Origin: Hyaloraphidium curvatum SAG 235-1
Lineage: Eukaryota > Fungi > Monoblepharomycota
Assembly: GCA_025558095.1 (NCBI GenBank)
Contig: JAIVFI010000019.1
Span: forward strand, 62,001-126,000
DNA length: 64,000 bases
Reading direction: 5' to 3'
The position numbers and the translations under genes were made by a program. Positions 1 through 12,702 of the stretch are shown here, one piece after another (position 1 is the first letter of the stretch; every line of letters starts with the position of its first letter). The notes under the pieces were generated by a model, which worked only from the letters and a program-made list of their open reading frames with translations, ran no database searches and was not told the DNA's origin.

Positions 1-490
1 CCAACGCGGCCTTGAACTCCACGGGTCCGAAAACCGGCTTGGCGTCGCGCGGGCGCCGGAACCTTCATCGCGACACGTCAGAGCGCGCCGGTCAGCAGGC
101 GCGGAAGGACATGCCATTCGAAAGAGGGGTGGAGGTGGAACTGGAGCCGCGGCAGGTTCGCGGGGGTCCATGGCGTCGTGAGGAACGAGGTGACGAGCAG
201 CGCCGCATCGGTCGGCAACGGAGCGTAGGTCGACGTCATGGCGGTGTCTAACGAGCAAGATGCGTCGAGACAACCGGGATTCAGGAAGGAGAACGCGTTT
301 GAGGGCCGACGCGGGAGACGCTCTCGGAGCAAGCAAGCACGGCTGCAACGATTCAGCCGCGACCGCCCCTCCAAATCTCGTCTGCAGTCTAGCCTTGCAC
401 TTGCAATCTGTAAGATTTAAGAAGCCACTACTCTTTACAACGATCCTATGAGATGATACAAGATTGGCCGACGATTCCAACCGTGGAACG

Positions 491-2512
491 TCACGCAACC
501 GGCACGAAAGGCCTCATCATCGCGTTGTCCTCTGGCAATGTGGATCAGCATCGCCTGCGCACTTCCTTCTGCGAAGGATACTGACCGTGATGGAGGATGT
601 GGCAATGATAGACGTACCCCGGCCCGGCAGTCGCGTTGAACGGAAACGCCTCGCCTCGCGTCCCTGTGAAGCGCACCCCGAAGATGGTGACGTACCCCGG
701 CGGCGCCTTTCCCGTGTCTTTCCATCCTTGCTCGGCGATTTCGGCCGGCTCGGGGTTTCCCTGCAGGTACGGAGTGACGTCGAGGGGCCGCGGGGCCGAA
801 GACAGCGGCAGCTCGTCCGCCTCGTTCAGCCTCTGCCAGTCCTTGAGGTAGTCCTCCGCCCGGAACTTCTGCCTCGAAGCAATCTGGAACTGCACGAGGT
901 GGATGTGCATCGGATGCGTGTCCTGGGTGGGGTTGATGAACATCCAGTCCTCCGTGCCGCCGAGCTTGGGAAACTCCGTCGCGGCCACTTCGAACGGGAG
1001 GCCGTTGATGAAGAGACCAGTCGGCCCATTCTCGCCCACGGCTTCAGTCAGGACGATCTGGCGGCGGACCGTCGGCGCGGGCAGGTTCGGGAAGGGGCCG
1101 GCCAAGGTCGGGTTCGAAACGTAGGAGTTCAGCGTAACGCCGATCGCCGCCGCGACGTTGAAACGCATAACGAGTCTCGTCGTTTCGGGATCCACGGGAT
1201 CGCCATCGGGGAAAGGAGCCGGCGCCGAGTTGCGCCAGTAGAGCTTGGTGTTGGGCGGGAATGGCGAAAAGTCGACCACGATGTCGGCACGTTCGCCGGG
1301 CGCAAGCAAGATCGAGGACAAGGTCGCGGGGCTGTACCGGAAGACGCCGTCGGTGCCGATCATCGTGAAGGGCACGGTAGTGTTGGAATCGCCGCGGACC
1401 AGCGCCAGGTCAAAGAACCGCGAATCAGCTCCGTTGAGCATGCGGAAACGATAGGCGCCTCGGGCGACTTGGAGGTTCGGCCTGAGGCGGTCGCCGCATC
1501 AGATGGACTGGCAGCAGATGCTTCAGATCACCAACCAAGCTTTGCCGTTGACCACGACCACATCACCGAAGTATTCCGGGTTCCAGTTTGGATGGACGGA
1601 CGGGTTGTCGCCTTCCTTCTCGATGTAGATCGAGCCGTCGGCGCGGAACGTGCGGTCTTGCATCACGATCGGAATCTCGTACGGTCCGGAGGGAAGAACG
1701 CTGGCTTCGACAGGGTGCTTGATGATGTAGAATCCCGCCATTCCTGCCCCTGCGCCTCAGTACTGCCCGATCGCAAGAATCGGGGGTTTGAACTCACCCG
1801 CGAGCACGTTGAGCCTCGTCATGTACGCGACATGGTCGTGGTGCCATAAAGTCGTGGGCTTCATCGCGTTCGGATAGACAAACACGGCCGAATCCGTCCC
1901 GGTGGCTTCGGCACTCGAATACGTCGGGCCCCGCTGCCCGGCAGCCGTCCAATAGGCGTCGGGATGGCCGTCCGAGGCGCTCGGCGAGGCGGAGCCGTGC
2001 ACGTGTGCGACGATGGGGACGCTTGTCTGGGCGTCGAAAGGGCCGTCCCAGAGCGTGGGATCCACGGGGAAGAGGTGCGGAACGGCCGTGATCCGGTTGG
2101 TCCACTTGACCTTGAGCGTTTCGCCTGCGACGGACGCCTTCCATGAGCTTCACAGCACGCGCATTGAGCATGAAAGCTCATGCTCACCCGGGGCAACGAC
2201 GAACGAGGGGCCAGGGTAGCCCCTGACGTACCCAAGCGGCGCTCCCGTGGCCGAGTCGACGGCCTGTCCCCCGTAGCCGAACACTGGCGTCTCCGGGAAT
2301 CCGGGCGGCAGAACCTGCGCGTTGAACGCCGAGACGTCGACATCCACCGGAGACGCGGCCTTGCTGTACGCGGGGACGGGCCCGATCTCGTTGGCCCACT
2401 TCGGGACCGTGCGCGGGTCGATGCGGGAGTCCCCGTTGTGCTCCGCCCCCAGCACGGCGGGGGTGACGGCCAAGAGAAGGACCAAAACGGCGGCCTGCGA
2501 GAGGGGGCGCAT
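491..2512 (-). CDS. Secreted multicopper oxidase (bilirubin oxidase/CotA/LPR1-like), multi-exon
   Basis: Signal peptide MRPLSQAAVLVLLLAVTPAVLG. Four Cu-binding motifs across exons: HVHG, WHHDH, HPMHIH, and HCHILH-HEDNAMM (the last joined over an intron). Stop TGA at 491-493. Confidence 0.9.
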
Positions 2513-2718
2513 GACGAATTGCGTGTCGCGTGTGGTTGACTCGAAGGAGTAGTGAGTCACCACGGCTTTGCTCATCTCCCGTCTCCTTTACCTCTTCCTC
2601 TTTCTGCTGAATCACCACAGATCCAATCAGGGTTCGTGATGGTATCCCCATGTAGAGAAAACGATACTAACAAAGATCCAATCTCATCGGCTGCTACACA
2701 AATCGGCTGCTACACAAC

Positions 2719-4324
2719 TTAGATCCTCCCCCGCATCGGCGCCTTCCCCTCCTCCTTCCCCGACTTGCCGAGCAGGTACTCGTACGGATTCCCCCTTAGC
2801 CTCTCCTCCCCCCCTTCCTCCACGAACGGCGGCACGAACCCCGTCGGCCTCGTCTTGCGCAGCACCTCCCTGCACTTTTCCAGCTCCCCGATCGCCCGGT
2901 CGAGCAGCTGCATCGCGTCGTCGCGGTCCTTCTCGGCGTCGGCGAGCCACGAGGACATGGCGCGGCCGAGGCCGGCCGAGGTGCCCAGGGGGGCAGGTTT
3001 GGGACCGTTATAGGCCAGCTTGAGGATCTCATTGCTGCGCCAGGCGCAGTGCATGAGGCTGTCGGGGGTGAGCCGAGGAAGGAGGGGCCGGCCGCGCGGC
3101 GGGACTCACTACTCCCTGTAGCTGAGCCACGGCGGGTCGACGCGGCCGTAATACTCGCCGATGGAGTAGTCCGGGGCCGAAGCGAGGCGGAGGCTCTGGT
3201 AGCTGTTGACGACCGAAAGGCGGGGGTGGTCGGGGTGGCAGGAGATGACGGGCGCTACCTGGTGGTAGAACCGGGCCCTGCGTCGCGAAAGGTAAGCACG
3301 GCGCTGGCTTTGACGGCCGGGACAGGAGCGACGAACCCTTGCTGCGAATCGGAAGCCGTCAGAGGCAGTTTCGACAGGCCGCACGAACACGCCCACCATG
3401 AAGATGCACCACCCTTCGCCGGGGTACTTGACCTTGATGATCTTGTCCGCCGGCAGCTTGGCGATCGCCTCGTCGTTCATCTCCACGTCCTCCCGCGCCT
3501 TGTCCTTGCCGACCGCGACCACCTCGAGCTCCCCGCCGACCATCTGCGACGTGTCGCACAGCATGATCACCAGCACGTACTGCACCGAATCCGAGTGCCA
3601 CGCCGCCGCGGACCTCGCCGGCGCCCCCGGCGCGGGCGGCAGCCCCAGGTTGGTGTGCATGTAGTTGAGCGGGATGCTGTCCGGGGCCACCACGTCCCCG
3701 GCCAGGTTCCCCAGGATCCCCAAAACGTCGGGCGACCGGACCGAGTCCCGCGCGAACCGGCTCGTGTACCCCAGCCCCCGCAGGGACGCGGGGAACAGCT
3801 CCTCCCTGTGTACGGCAAAGGGGCGGGAGGCGGCGTCGCGGCCGATGATTTCCTTGAAGCGGGCGACACCCTCGGCCGAGAGGAGCTTGAAGGGGGTGGA
3901 GAAGCCGAAGCCGGACCAGGTGTCCTTGACCTTGGGTATGTCCTCGTAGGCGACGCGGTTGAAGTCGAGATCGTAGACGAATGCGGGGGGCTGGACGTGC
4001 CCGTGGCGGGAAGGAGCGGTGCCCGTGGCGAGAGGCGGTGCGCGTTGGCGAGGGGAGGGAGGGGCGTGAGATGGAGATAAGGCACCGTCCGGCCGCGCCC
4101 ACCTGGAAGTCGATGTGCCTCCCGAAATCGAAACGGAATCCCTCCTGCTGCTCTTCCAGCCCTCCGGCGACGTACTCCGGGAACGGCGGCATGTCCGCGA
4201 CGTGGTCCAGCGGCATGGGGGGCAGGTAGTTCCTTTGCGCGCCCGTGGCCTCCCCTCGCGACGAGGATTGGAAGACGTGGTCCGTGGTCGCCTCGAGGAC
4301 GATGTTGCCGCCTTTGGCGTTCAT
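2719..4324 (-). CDS. Putative 2OG-Fe(II) dioxygenase-like protein, multi-exon
   Basis: WHSDS (HxD) followed by VLVIMLCD..GGELEV, later HQVAPV...RLSVVNSY (distal His and RxS). Exons lie in ORFs 3359-4324, 3109-3723 and 2719-3054. Confidence 0.65.
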
Positions 4325-4737
4325 TGCGGCGGCGGCGAGGAGGCGGGGGGCGCGGAGTTTTGATGTGCTGGAGGTTCCCGATCGGCGCCGATCAGAGCTG
4401 CGAGCTGGGCACTTTCCCCCACGCGGTGGCGTCTCGTGAGTCTAGAAAATGCCAAGGACACTACCCAAGGGAAGTCCGCAAGCCTGGAACTGAGTGGATG
4501 CCGTGGGGCTTCGGACGGATTGACGACCACGGCCTCGGAACGGCCTGCTTTCGAACGGGAGGGTCGCCACACCGCCGCGGGAACTGATGAAACAGAGCTT
4601 GTTCTAATGCTTACTCCGGACGATTGGACTTCCGTCCTTCGCGGGGATTCGGTCGGACGGCGGCCGCCTGCAGCGGGGGTCGTGTCCTCGGGGCGCCGCG
4701 GCTGGTGCGGCCCGCCGAAAACAAGGAACCTTTTCCC

Positions 4738-5829
4738 ATGTCCTCCTTCCTCCGCTCCCGCCTGGCGGTGTTCTCCGCCGGCGCGGTGCTCTCGTACTTT
4801 ATGTTCCGCTGCCCGGCGGACAGCGGCGGCGGCTGCCGGCGGGACGCGCTCGGCGGGGGCCTCTGCGTGCCCGGCTTCCCGCGGCTGCGCGTGGAGCTCG
4901 CCGACGGCGGCCCGTGGTTCCGCACGGCCGGCCGGTCGCCGGGCGGCGACTTTGCCGTGTACGTGCACGACCCCGCGTCGGACGTGTGGACGTCGGCGCA
5001 GATCGCGAGGGAGGGCACGTGGCACGCGCACATCCTGGAGCGGCTCGGGGAGGTGCACGCGCGCCTCAGGCGGGGCCGGCCGCGCGGGCCGATCACGCTG
5101 CTGGACGTGGGCGCCAACGTGGGGTTCATCTCGGCGTGGTTCGCCGGGCTGGACGCGCAGACGTACTCGATCGCCGTGGAGCCCCACCCGGTCCACGCCG
5201 CGTGCCTGGAGCGCACGCTGGCACACGAGGCCAACGCGCGGTGGGCGGACAGGGTGACGCTGCACCGGCTGGCGGCCAGCGACACGTGGGAGGCCGAGGA
5301 GGCCTGCATGAAGGTCGACCCGACCAACGCGGCGCAGACCTACGTGGACCGCGCGATCCCGGACCGCGAGGGGGACGACCTGCCGTGCACGCGGGTGCCC
5401 ATGGGCAGGCTGGACCAGCTGATCGTGGGCAACTCGTCGTTTCCGGCGCCGCGGATCGATTTCGCCAAGCTGGACGTGGAGGGCTTCGAGCCGCTCGCGA
5501 TACTCGGGTCGGTGGGGTTCATGTTCAACGACTTTGCCCGGCAGCCGTACCTCATCATCGCCGAGTACAACCCCAAGCTGATGGGCAACGCCATGCGCGG
5601 GTCGCGGGACTGGGCGGCGCTGGCAAAGGGGTTCGGGCTGCCGGCGGGCGACGCGCGCGCGTTCCTGCTGTGGATGGCGGACCGCGGCTACTCGGTCGAG
5701 GAGGCCTACACGGGCGAGGCGTGGAAGAAGAAGGAGGCGCTGCTGACGGCGTTCGGCGACGCGTTCTGGAAGCGCACGCCGAGCGGGCACACAGACCTGT
5801 TCTTCCGGCTCGACATTCCGTGGCCTTGA
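4738..5829 (+). CDS. FkbM-family SAM-dependent methyltransferase with N-terminal membrane anchor, intronless
   Basis: LLDVGANVG, AVEPHP and KLDVEGFE motifs; hydrophobic N-terminus LAVFSAGAVLSYFMF. Confidence 0.85.
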   Translation: MSSFLRSRLAVFSAGAVLSYFMFRCPADSGGGCRRDALGGGLCVPGFPRLRVELADGGPWFRTAGRSPGGDFAVYVHDPASDVWTSAQIAREGTWHAHILERLGEVHARLRRGRPRGPITLLDVGANVGFISAWFAGLDAQTYSIAVEPHPVHAACLERTLAHEANARWADRVTLHRLAASDTWEAEEACMKVDPTNAAQTYVDRAIPDREGDDLPCTRVPMGRLDQLIVGNSSFPAPRIDFAKLDVEGFEPLAILGSVGFMFNDFARQPYLIIAEYNPKLMGNAMRGSRDWAALAKGFGLPAGDARAFLLWMADRGYSVEEAYTGEAWKKKEALLTAFGDAFWKRTPSGHTDLFFRLDIPWP

Positions 5830-6189
5830 GGCAGGAGGGGCGACGGAGCGCCGGACCTGGCCCACGTGGCTCGTGCTAAGCTAATTGATACCCAGTAGAG
5901 GATCGCTGGCGACTGAGAAATAGAGAGAAGGGGCACAGCATTTGACGGTTGGGTCCGACGCTCCGAGTTGGTCAGTCAGTCAGACCACGACTGACGTATT
6001 GAACTGGGCCTTCCCCCGGCGAACGGAGCCATGCCGGGCCGTGCCGGCCCGGTACAGCGATAGCGTTGTATCTGCTCCCCACGCCGGCCGTCCCCCGGGC
6101 CCCCATCCCCGACGCCTAGGCGCCTGGAGGAGCTTCAGCCCTCGACCGGCCCCTCATCCTTAGCCCTCCTCCCCGCTCTCCCATCCCCG

Positions 6190-7975
6190 ATGTCCGCGCC
6201 GGGCCGCTCCGAGCGGTACGACGAGCTGATGGCGCGCGCCAAGGCCAAGATGGACGAGATCAAGCGCGCGCGCGGCTCGGCGCCGCCGTCGCCGCCGCCG
6301 CGCTCGCGCCCGCCGTCGCCCTCGCTGGCGCGGTCGACGTCGGACCCGGTGGTCACCGAGCCGGCAAACGGGCTGCCGGGCCTGCGGGTGCCGCCCGAGG
6401 TGGCCAGCCCGCCGGCGCGCGTGAGCCCGTACAACCCGGCGTTCGGGGGCGTGCAGGTGCTGCCGGCCGCCGGGGGGGCGGGGGCCAGGCCGGGGAAGGA
6501 CGAGGCGAGGGTGGCCAGGGACGAGGCGGACGACGCGGCGTGGGTTTCTCCCGTCGATTTCCACGTATCGCGTCTGATTTGGTCGTCCTCCGTTGACAGG
6601 GAAGCGCTCCGGAGGCTCGAGATCGCCAAGGCGCGCGAGGAGCTCGAGGCGCTGCGGCGGCAGGAGGAGGAGCTCCTCAAAAAGGCGCGCGAGCGGCGGG
6701 AGCGCGAGGAACGCGAGGCCGCGGACCGTGCCAGGCGCGAGGCCGATGCCAGGGCGCGGAGGGAGGCCGAGGAGCGGGCCAAGAGGGAGGCCGAGGAGCG
6801 CGCGCGGAAGGAGGCCGAGGAGCGGTACCGGAGGGAGACGGAGGAGCGGCTGCGGAAGGAGGCGGAGGAGCGGGTACGCCGCGAGACGGAGGAGCGCAGG
6901 CGGCGGGAGGCCGAGGAGGCCGCGCGCCTGGAGGCCGCACGGCAGGAGGCCGCGCGGCAGGAGGCGGCGCGGCAGGAGGCGGCGCGGCAGGAGGCGGCGC
7001 GGCAGGAAGCCGCCCGCCGCGACGCCGAGAACCGCATCCGGATGCTGGAGCTCGAGCGCGCGCGGATGGAGGAGGAGGCCCAGCGGCGCGCCGCGCAGGC
7101 CGGCGAGGACGAGAGCGTCGACGTGGCCTTCCTCTTCGACTGCACGGGCTCGATGCAGGTCTGGATCGACCGCTGCAAGGCCACCGTCAGCCAGGTTCTG
7201 TCGCGGATCCGCACCTCGTACCCGGGCGCGCGGCTGCGGACCGCGTTCGTGGGGTACCGCGACTTTTCCCCGCCCGCCTTCCGCTCCTCCTACGCGCTCG
7301 AGGACTTCTGCCCCCCGGAGCGGCTCGAGGCCCAGCTGGGCAAGGTCACCGCTTTGGGCGGTGAAGACGCGGCCGAGGACGCGATCGGCGGGCTGGACCT
7401 GGTCCCCAAGCTGTCGTGGGCGTCGCGGACCAAGCTCGTGATCCACGTCGCGGACGCGCCGCCGCACGGGCAGCGGTTCCACGACTTCCCCGTGGGGCCG
7501 AAGTACGACCGCTACGCCGCCGGGCCGGACCCGGCGGGGAGGAGGCCGGAGGATATGGAGGCGGTGCTGGCGGCCATCGTGGCCAAGGGCATCGACATGT
7601 ACTTTTTCAAGGTGCGCCGCGCGCTCCCCGTCGACGCGCCGGCCGCTGACCCGCCTCGCGGCCCTTTTGCAGGTCCACAAGTGCACGCGCAAGTACGAGC
7701 ACGAGGTGGACGCCATCCTGCGTGGCATGCGCTCGCGGCTGACGGTCGTCAGCCTGCTGGACGGGAACCAGGACCCGGCGGCGTTCCTCGACGGCGTGCT
7801 GGGGGCCGCGGTGAACAGCATGCGGGCGTACAGGGCGCCGGCGCCCTACGCGGGCGGGGGTGGTGCGGCGCCCTATGCGGGTGGGGGCGGGCAGGCTCCC
7901 TATGCGGGCGGGGGTCGGGGTGGGGGTTACGGGCAGGCCGCGTACGGCGGGTACGCGCAGGGAGGGTACAGGTAG
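6190..7975 (+). CDS. vWA-domain protein with E/R/A-rich helical rod and Gly/Tyr-rich tail
   Basis: MIDAS DVAFLFDCTGSMQ, AFVGYRDF, GGEDAAED, HVADAPPHG (vWA type seen with alpha-kinases). Introns at ~6540-6599 and 7612-7672. Confidence 0.8.
6935..7015 (+). repeat. 15-bp coding tandem repeat (caggaggcggcgcgg) encoding EAARQ x5
   Basis: Visible directly in the sequence. Confidence 0.9.
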
Positions 7976-8208
7976 CGGGGCGGCGCAGGGTGGCTTCGCG
8001 TGTTTCTTTGTCGCGGTATTGCGCTTGTCTGGCGGGCCCGATGTATGGACCTGCTGCGAATGGAAGCTGTCTGGTACACGGATGCCATTCGTGAGACGTG
8101 CTCAGATTTCCCCTGCGATACAGTGAATTGTCGATACAGTCTGATTTTTCGCTCCCAGTCCCGAAGCGCAATGGGCGCCGACTGCCCGTTGCCGAGTCAG
8201 GAGACCCC

Positions 8209-11200
8209 TCAGTGCCCGAGGACGGTCTGCGCCCACGCCGCCTTGGCCCCCGCCTCGCCTCCCCGCGAAAGCACCACCTCGGTGACAAAGTCCGCGCCCT
8301 GCGGCAGCACGTACTCGGGATCGACGTTGGGCGACCACGCGTCGTGCCCGCCGCACCCCATCATGCGCGAATCCACGTGCACGTACACCTTTTCCGGGTC
8401 AGGCTTCAGCTCCCAGTCGTGCAGCGCCTTGTCGACCGCTTGCCACGGGAACGGCAGCGCCGAGAAGCCGTACCCGTCGCGGAGCTTGCCGTCCCTGGCC
8501 GCGCACGCGATGCCGATCGACCCTCCTACGCCGGAAAGGGCGACCCAGCGCGCGCCGGCGCGCCAGCCGCACTCGCCGGGGAACACGTACGGCTCGAACA
8601 GCTTCTCGGGGGTGCTCTCCCAGATCCCCTTGCGCACGCAGGCCACGCGGTCCGGGTAGGCCTCGTACGGGCCGAGGCCGGACCACCTGACCTTGGCTGC
8701 GGCCGATCTGGGCACGGCGAACTTGAAGCCCACGCGCGGGAGCGGGGGCAGCGACCCGGGCGGGGCGATCGTCGAGCAGAGCCTGATGTCGCCGTTGGCC
8801 TCGAACTCGTACCGCACGTGCGCGAGGATGACGGCGCCGGCCAGGGCGGCCCCCTTGGGCGCCACCATCTCGAACAGGGTCTCGACCGTCGTGCGCTTGC
8901 CGTCGGCAGCGTGGGCCACGATCGCCGTGCCGTCCTTGCCCGCCGGACGGCGCTCCATGCTGCCGAGGCCCATGCTCTTCCACCGCGCCGAGATGGAGAA
9001 GGGGCCGCCGCCGTAGTCGTTGTCGGTGCTGGCGCGCTCGATTCCGATGTCGACGGGCTCGGCGAGGAGCTCCTTGCCGTCGGGCGACTTCCACGAGAGG
9101 AGCCGGCCGCACTTGACGCCCACCACGGCGCTGCTGCCGTCGGCCATCTTGACGGCCAGGTCGCCCTTGGGGACGTCGAACGGGGCCGGGGCGCCCGAGG
9201 CTGCGGCTATGCCGTTGGCCATCTTGCCCTTGGAGGTCGCGAGTCCGGCGGCTAGCTCCGGTGCATCGAAGGAGGCGCGGAGGATCTCGGTGCCCTTGGG
9301 CAGGAAGTGCGTGCCGGCGGCGTTCTCGACAGTCACCTCGATCCACGCCTCGGTCGCCGCCTCGAGCTTGTTCCCGAGCAGCTTGGCCAGGGCGGCGGCG
9401 TCGCCGCCCGCCGCGGCCGCGAACCCCGGCAGCACGTCGGCGAGCTTGAGCGCCTGCTCCTTCTGCGGCGCGACGCCCTCGAGCCCCTTGACGGTCACCC
9501 ACTCGCCGCCGGCCTCGGCAGCGGCGTCGCACCCGACCCTCGCGCGGATCGAGACCGCAGCAAGGGGGCTGAAGTCGAACCTGTTTGTGACGACCAGCTG
9601 CCCGTCCTTGACCGCCAGCCCCACAGGGCACTGCTGCGCTGCGGCCTCGAGCGCCTGCGGGTGGGGGGTCCTGTCGGGGGCCAGGATGCCGTTGATGCAG
9701 AACTGCGCCGAGTTGGGTATGTCGCCAAAGTCGCCGCCGTAGCCGTACGCGGGCCTGTCCTTGGGGAAGCTCGCGGGGAGGTTGGGCAGGGCGGGGTCCA
9801 TGAGGATGCCCTGGTCGACCATGTCCCAGATGAAGCCGCCCTGCATGCGCGTGTTGAGGCGGTCGCGGAAGCGGCGCCAGTAGCCGGCGAGGCAGCCGCC
9901 CGAGTTGCCCATGGCGTGCGCGTACTGCGGGAATGCGTCGGGGTTCCGTTGGTTTCATTCATCCCCTGCAGCATGCAGAACGAGCCCACCTCGCATAAGA
10001 TGAGCGGGCGCCCCTTGGGATCCTCAGCGACGCTGCCGAGGCACTGCTCGGGTCGGAAGTACATGGGCACGATGATGTCGGTGGCATCGTTGAGGACGCC
10101 GCCGGACTCGTACCTGGAAGCATAGCGCTGCGGTCAGAACAGATGCATCGCATGCAAGTCGCGCGCGAAGCACTCACTGCACGGGCCGCCTCCCCCCGTC
10201 CCTGGCCCTCAGCCAGTCCGCCGCGGCCTGCGTGTTCCTCCCCATCCCGCTCTCGTTGCCCACGCTCCAGGCAAAGATGCACGGGTGGTTGGAATCCCGC
10301 ATCCACATGCGCGCGCACCGGCTGACGTAGGCCGCCGTCCAGTCGGGCGAGTCTGAGAGCGTGCCCGCGGGCTGCCCCGAAATCTGGAACCCGTGCGTCT
10401 CGAGGTCGCCCTCGTCGACCATGTACAGGCCGGCCTGGTCGCAGATGTCGCCCATGAGCTGGGACGAGGGGTAGTGCGCGGTGCGGATGCCGTTGAAGTT
10501 GAGCCGCTTGAGGAGCATGGCGTCGGAGGCCATGACCGACAGCGGGATGCCGCGGCCCATGGTGGCGTGGAATTCGGGGCGGTTGACGCCGCAGATGGTG
10601 ATGGGCGAGCCGTTGACGGTGACGAGACTGTTGGGCGCCGCGGTGATCTTGATGTCGACGAAGCCCGTGCGCACGGACTCGACGTCGAGCGGGGACGCGC
10701 CCGACTCGGCGTCGGCCTTGCTCGCGTGCAGGGAGATGACGGCCGTGTACAGATTCGGCGTCTCGGGGGTCCACGGCTTGGCGTTCGCCACGGCAATCGT
10801 GGCGCGGGCGGCGGCGGGCTTGTCGAAGGGCGCAAACTCGGGTTCCGACGCCGGGTCCCAGATCTTGTGAGCGGCTTCGAGCTCGGGGCTGGAGATGCCG
10901 CCGTCAGCGGCCGCCATCGCTGTGGCGACGGGCGCACCCGAGCCACCGTCGGCGCCCTCGTAGACCTCGACGCGGACAAAGTGCCCGGCTTTGGTGCCGG
11001 CCACTCCCTCGCACAGAACCTCGAAGGAGATCGTGCCCTCGCCGAGCGAGGCCTTGGTGCGGTAGTCGGCGATGGCGGCCTTGGGCTTCTTGACCAGGTA
11101 GGCCTCCCTGTAGATGCCGCTGATGTTCCACTTGTCCTGGTCCTCGATGTACGACCCGTCGCAGTAGCGCATGACCTCGGCGGCGATGACGTGCTCCGTG

Positions 11201-12018
11201 GCGGAGCGGTCGAGCAGGTCGGTCACGTCAAACTCGCACGGCAGCGCGGGGTCCTTGGAGAAGCCGGCGAACTTGCCGTCGACGTAGGCCTTCACGCACG
11301 AGTCGACGCCCTCGAAGACGAGCACGACGCGCTGGTCGTCGGCCTTCCACCGGTCGGGCAGCGCGATAGTGCGGCGGTACAGCCCGGTCGGGTAGGGGCC
11401 ACGCTCGCGGGGGTCGCGCGGCACAAAGTCCTTGTCCATCCAGGGCCTGTACTGCATCACGCCGCGGTCGTTGGCCTCGAAGGTGAACTTGCCAGTGCGT
11501 GCCGCGACGGGCGGGTTCTTCTCGCAGGCGTAGGTGGTGTTGGTGTAGATGGGGATGTCGCGCGTGGCCGCGGGCAGGCCCGAGGTCGGCAGCTGCCAGT
11601 GCGACGGCAGCATGATCGGGGCGAACGAGTCCGGGGGCAGGCCCTCGGCCTGCACCTTGGCGGCGGCCTCGTCGAAGCCGGGGGCGTTCCAGCCCTTGGG
11701 CGCGTCCTTGAGGTCGCCGACGAGCAGGAACTTCCAGCCGGGCGCGGGCTCGCCGGCCTCGCCGGTCAGCATGAGCACGTTGGGCGTGCACTCGCGCGCC
11801 AGCTTGGTCGGGTTCGCGGCGAACTTTGCCCAGAAGGCGCGCGCGGCATTGGCGTCGGGGAACGCGCGCATGGGCGCGTGGCCGGGCCTCCGCTTCCTGC
11901 CGACCACCCGCGGGTCGGCGTGGTCGGGCGAGCCGTCGGGAATGGGCCGCAGATACTTCTCGGCGAGGCGCTCCTCGAGCATCTTGTACGCCCGGCCGGG
12001 CGCCGCAAAGACCGACAT
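8209..12018 (-). CDS. lacZ: GH2 beta-galactosidase (LacZ/LAC4-like), 3 exons
   Basis: PIYTN, FEGVDS, DGSYIEDQDKWNISGIYREAYL, GVNRPE, NFNGIRTAHYP, WSVGNESG (acid/base Glu), RPLILCE|YAHAMGNS (nucleophile Glu), GGFIWDMVDQG, YGGDFGD, GLGPYEAYPDR. Introns 10114-10177 and 9925-9989. No signal peptide. Confidence 0.95.
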
Positions 12019-12702
12019 GGCGGCGAGGCGCAAGAGATCAAGGCCACCAAAATCCCGGCTTCCGGGAGGCCTGCAGCTGCGATTCGTCCAGCGGCCAAAA
12101 CGTCCGTGGGAGACTGCGAACGGAGGAACCCGTGGCATCTGTCAGCGCCGGCACACAACCCACTCGGACAGCTCAGTGGCGACGCTCACCGACCGCCTCT
12201 TGGCGATTGAATGCCACGCGATGCGTAAACGGTGACCGGCGATTCGGTCGGTGTTGACGGACTCGCCGGCAGGGCCCTCGCGAGCCCTTGAAACGCCACC
12301 ACCCCGAACCTACGCGGGACCAAACCGACGAAACACCCCTGGCCGTCCACCTGAAACCCCTCACCAGGCTTCCGCAACACCGCCTCCGTCTCGAGGTAGG
12401 GCAAGCGTTGACATTCCGGTGCTCCACACGCTGAAGACCGACTTTTCCGTGTTAAGGGCCCGGCACATCGCGCAGAATAGCGCGCTAACTCGGACGCCCA
12501 AGGTGGACACCGAAGGGACATCCTAAGGCCCGCTCCATACCTGACCAGTAGGTGGCTGTCGCCGGACCCCTTTGCTCCCCCCCCAGGGTGTCCTGACACC
12601 GTCCCTGTCCCCCTTTCCGCAACGCCGACGGGCAATCCCCGACTCGCGCCTGTCCTCCTCGGCGACCCTTCCTGGCTCCGTCCTGCACTCAAGAACACAA
12701 AC
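12019..12702. promoter_or_regulatory. Divergent intergenic region between beta-galactosidase and sugar permease (probable bidirectional promoter)
   Basis: Head-to-head gene arrangement only; no specific site identified. Confidence 0.5.
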
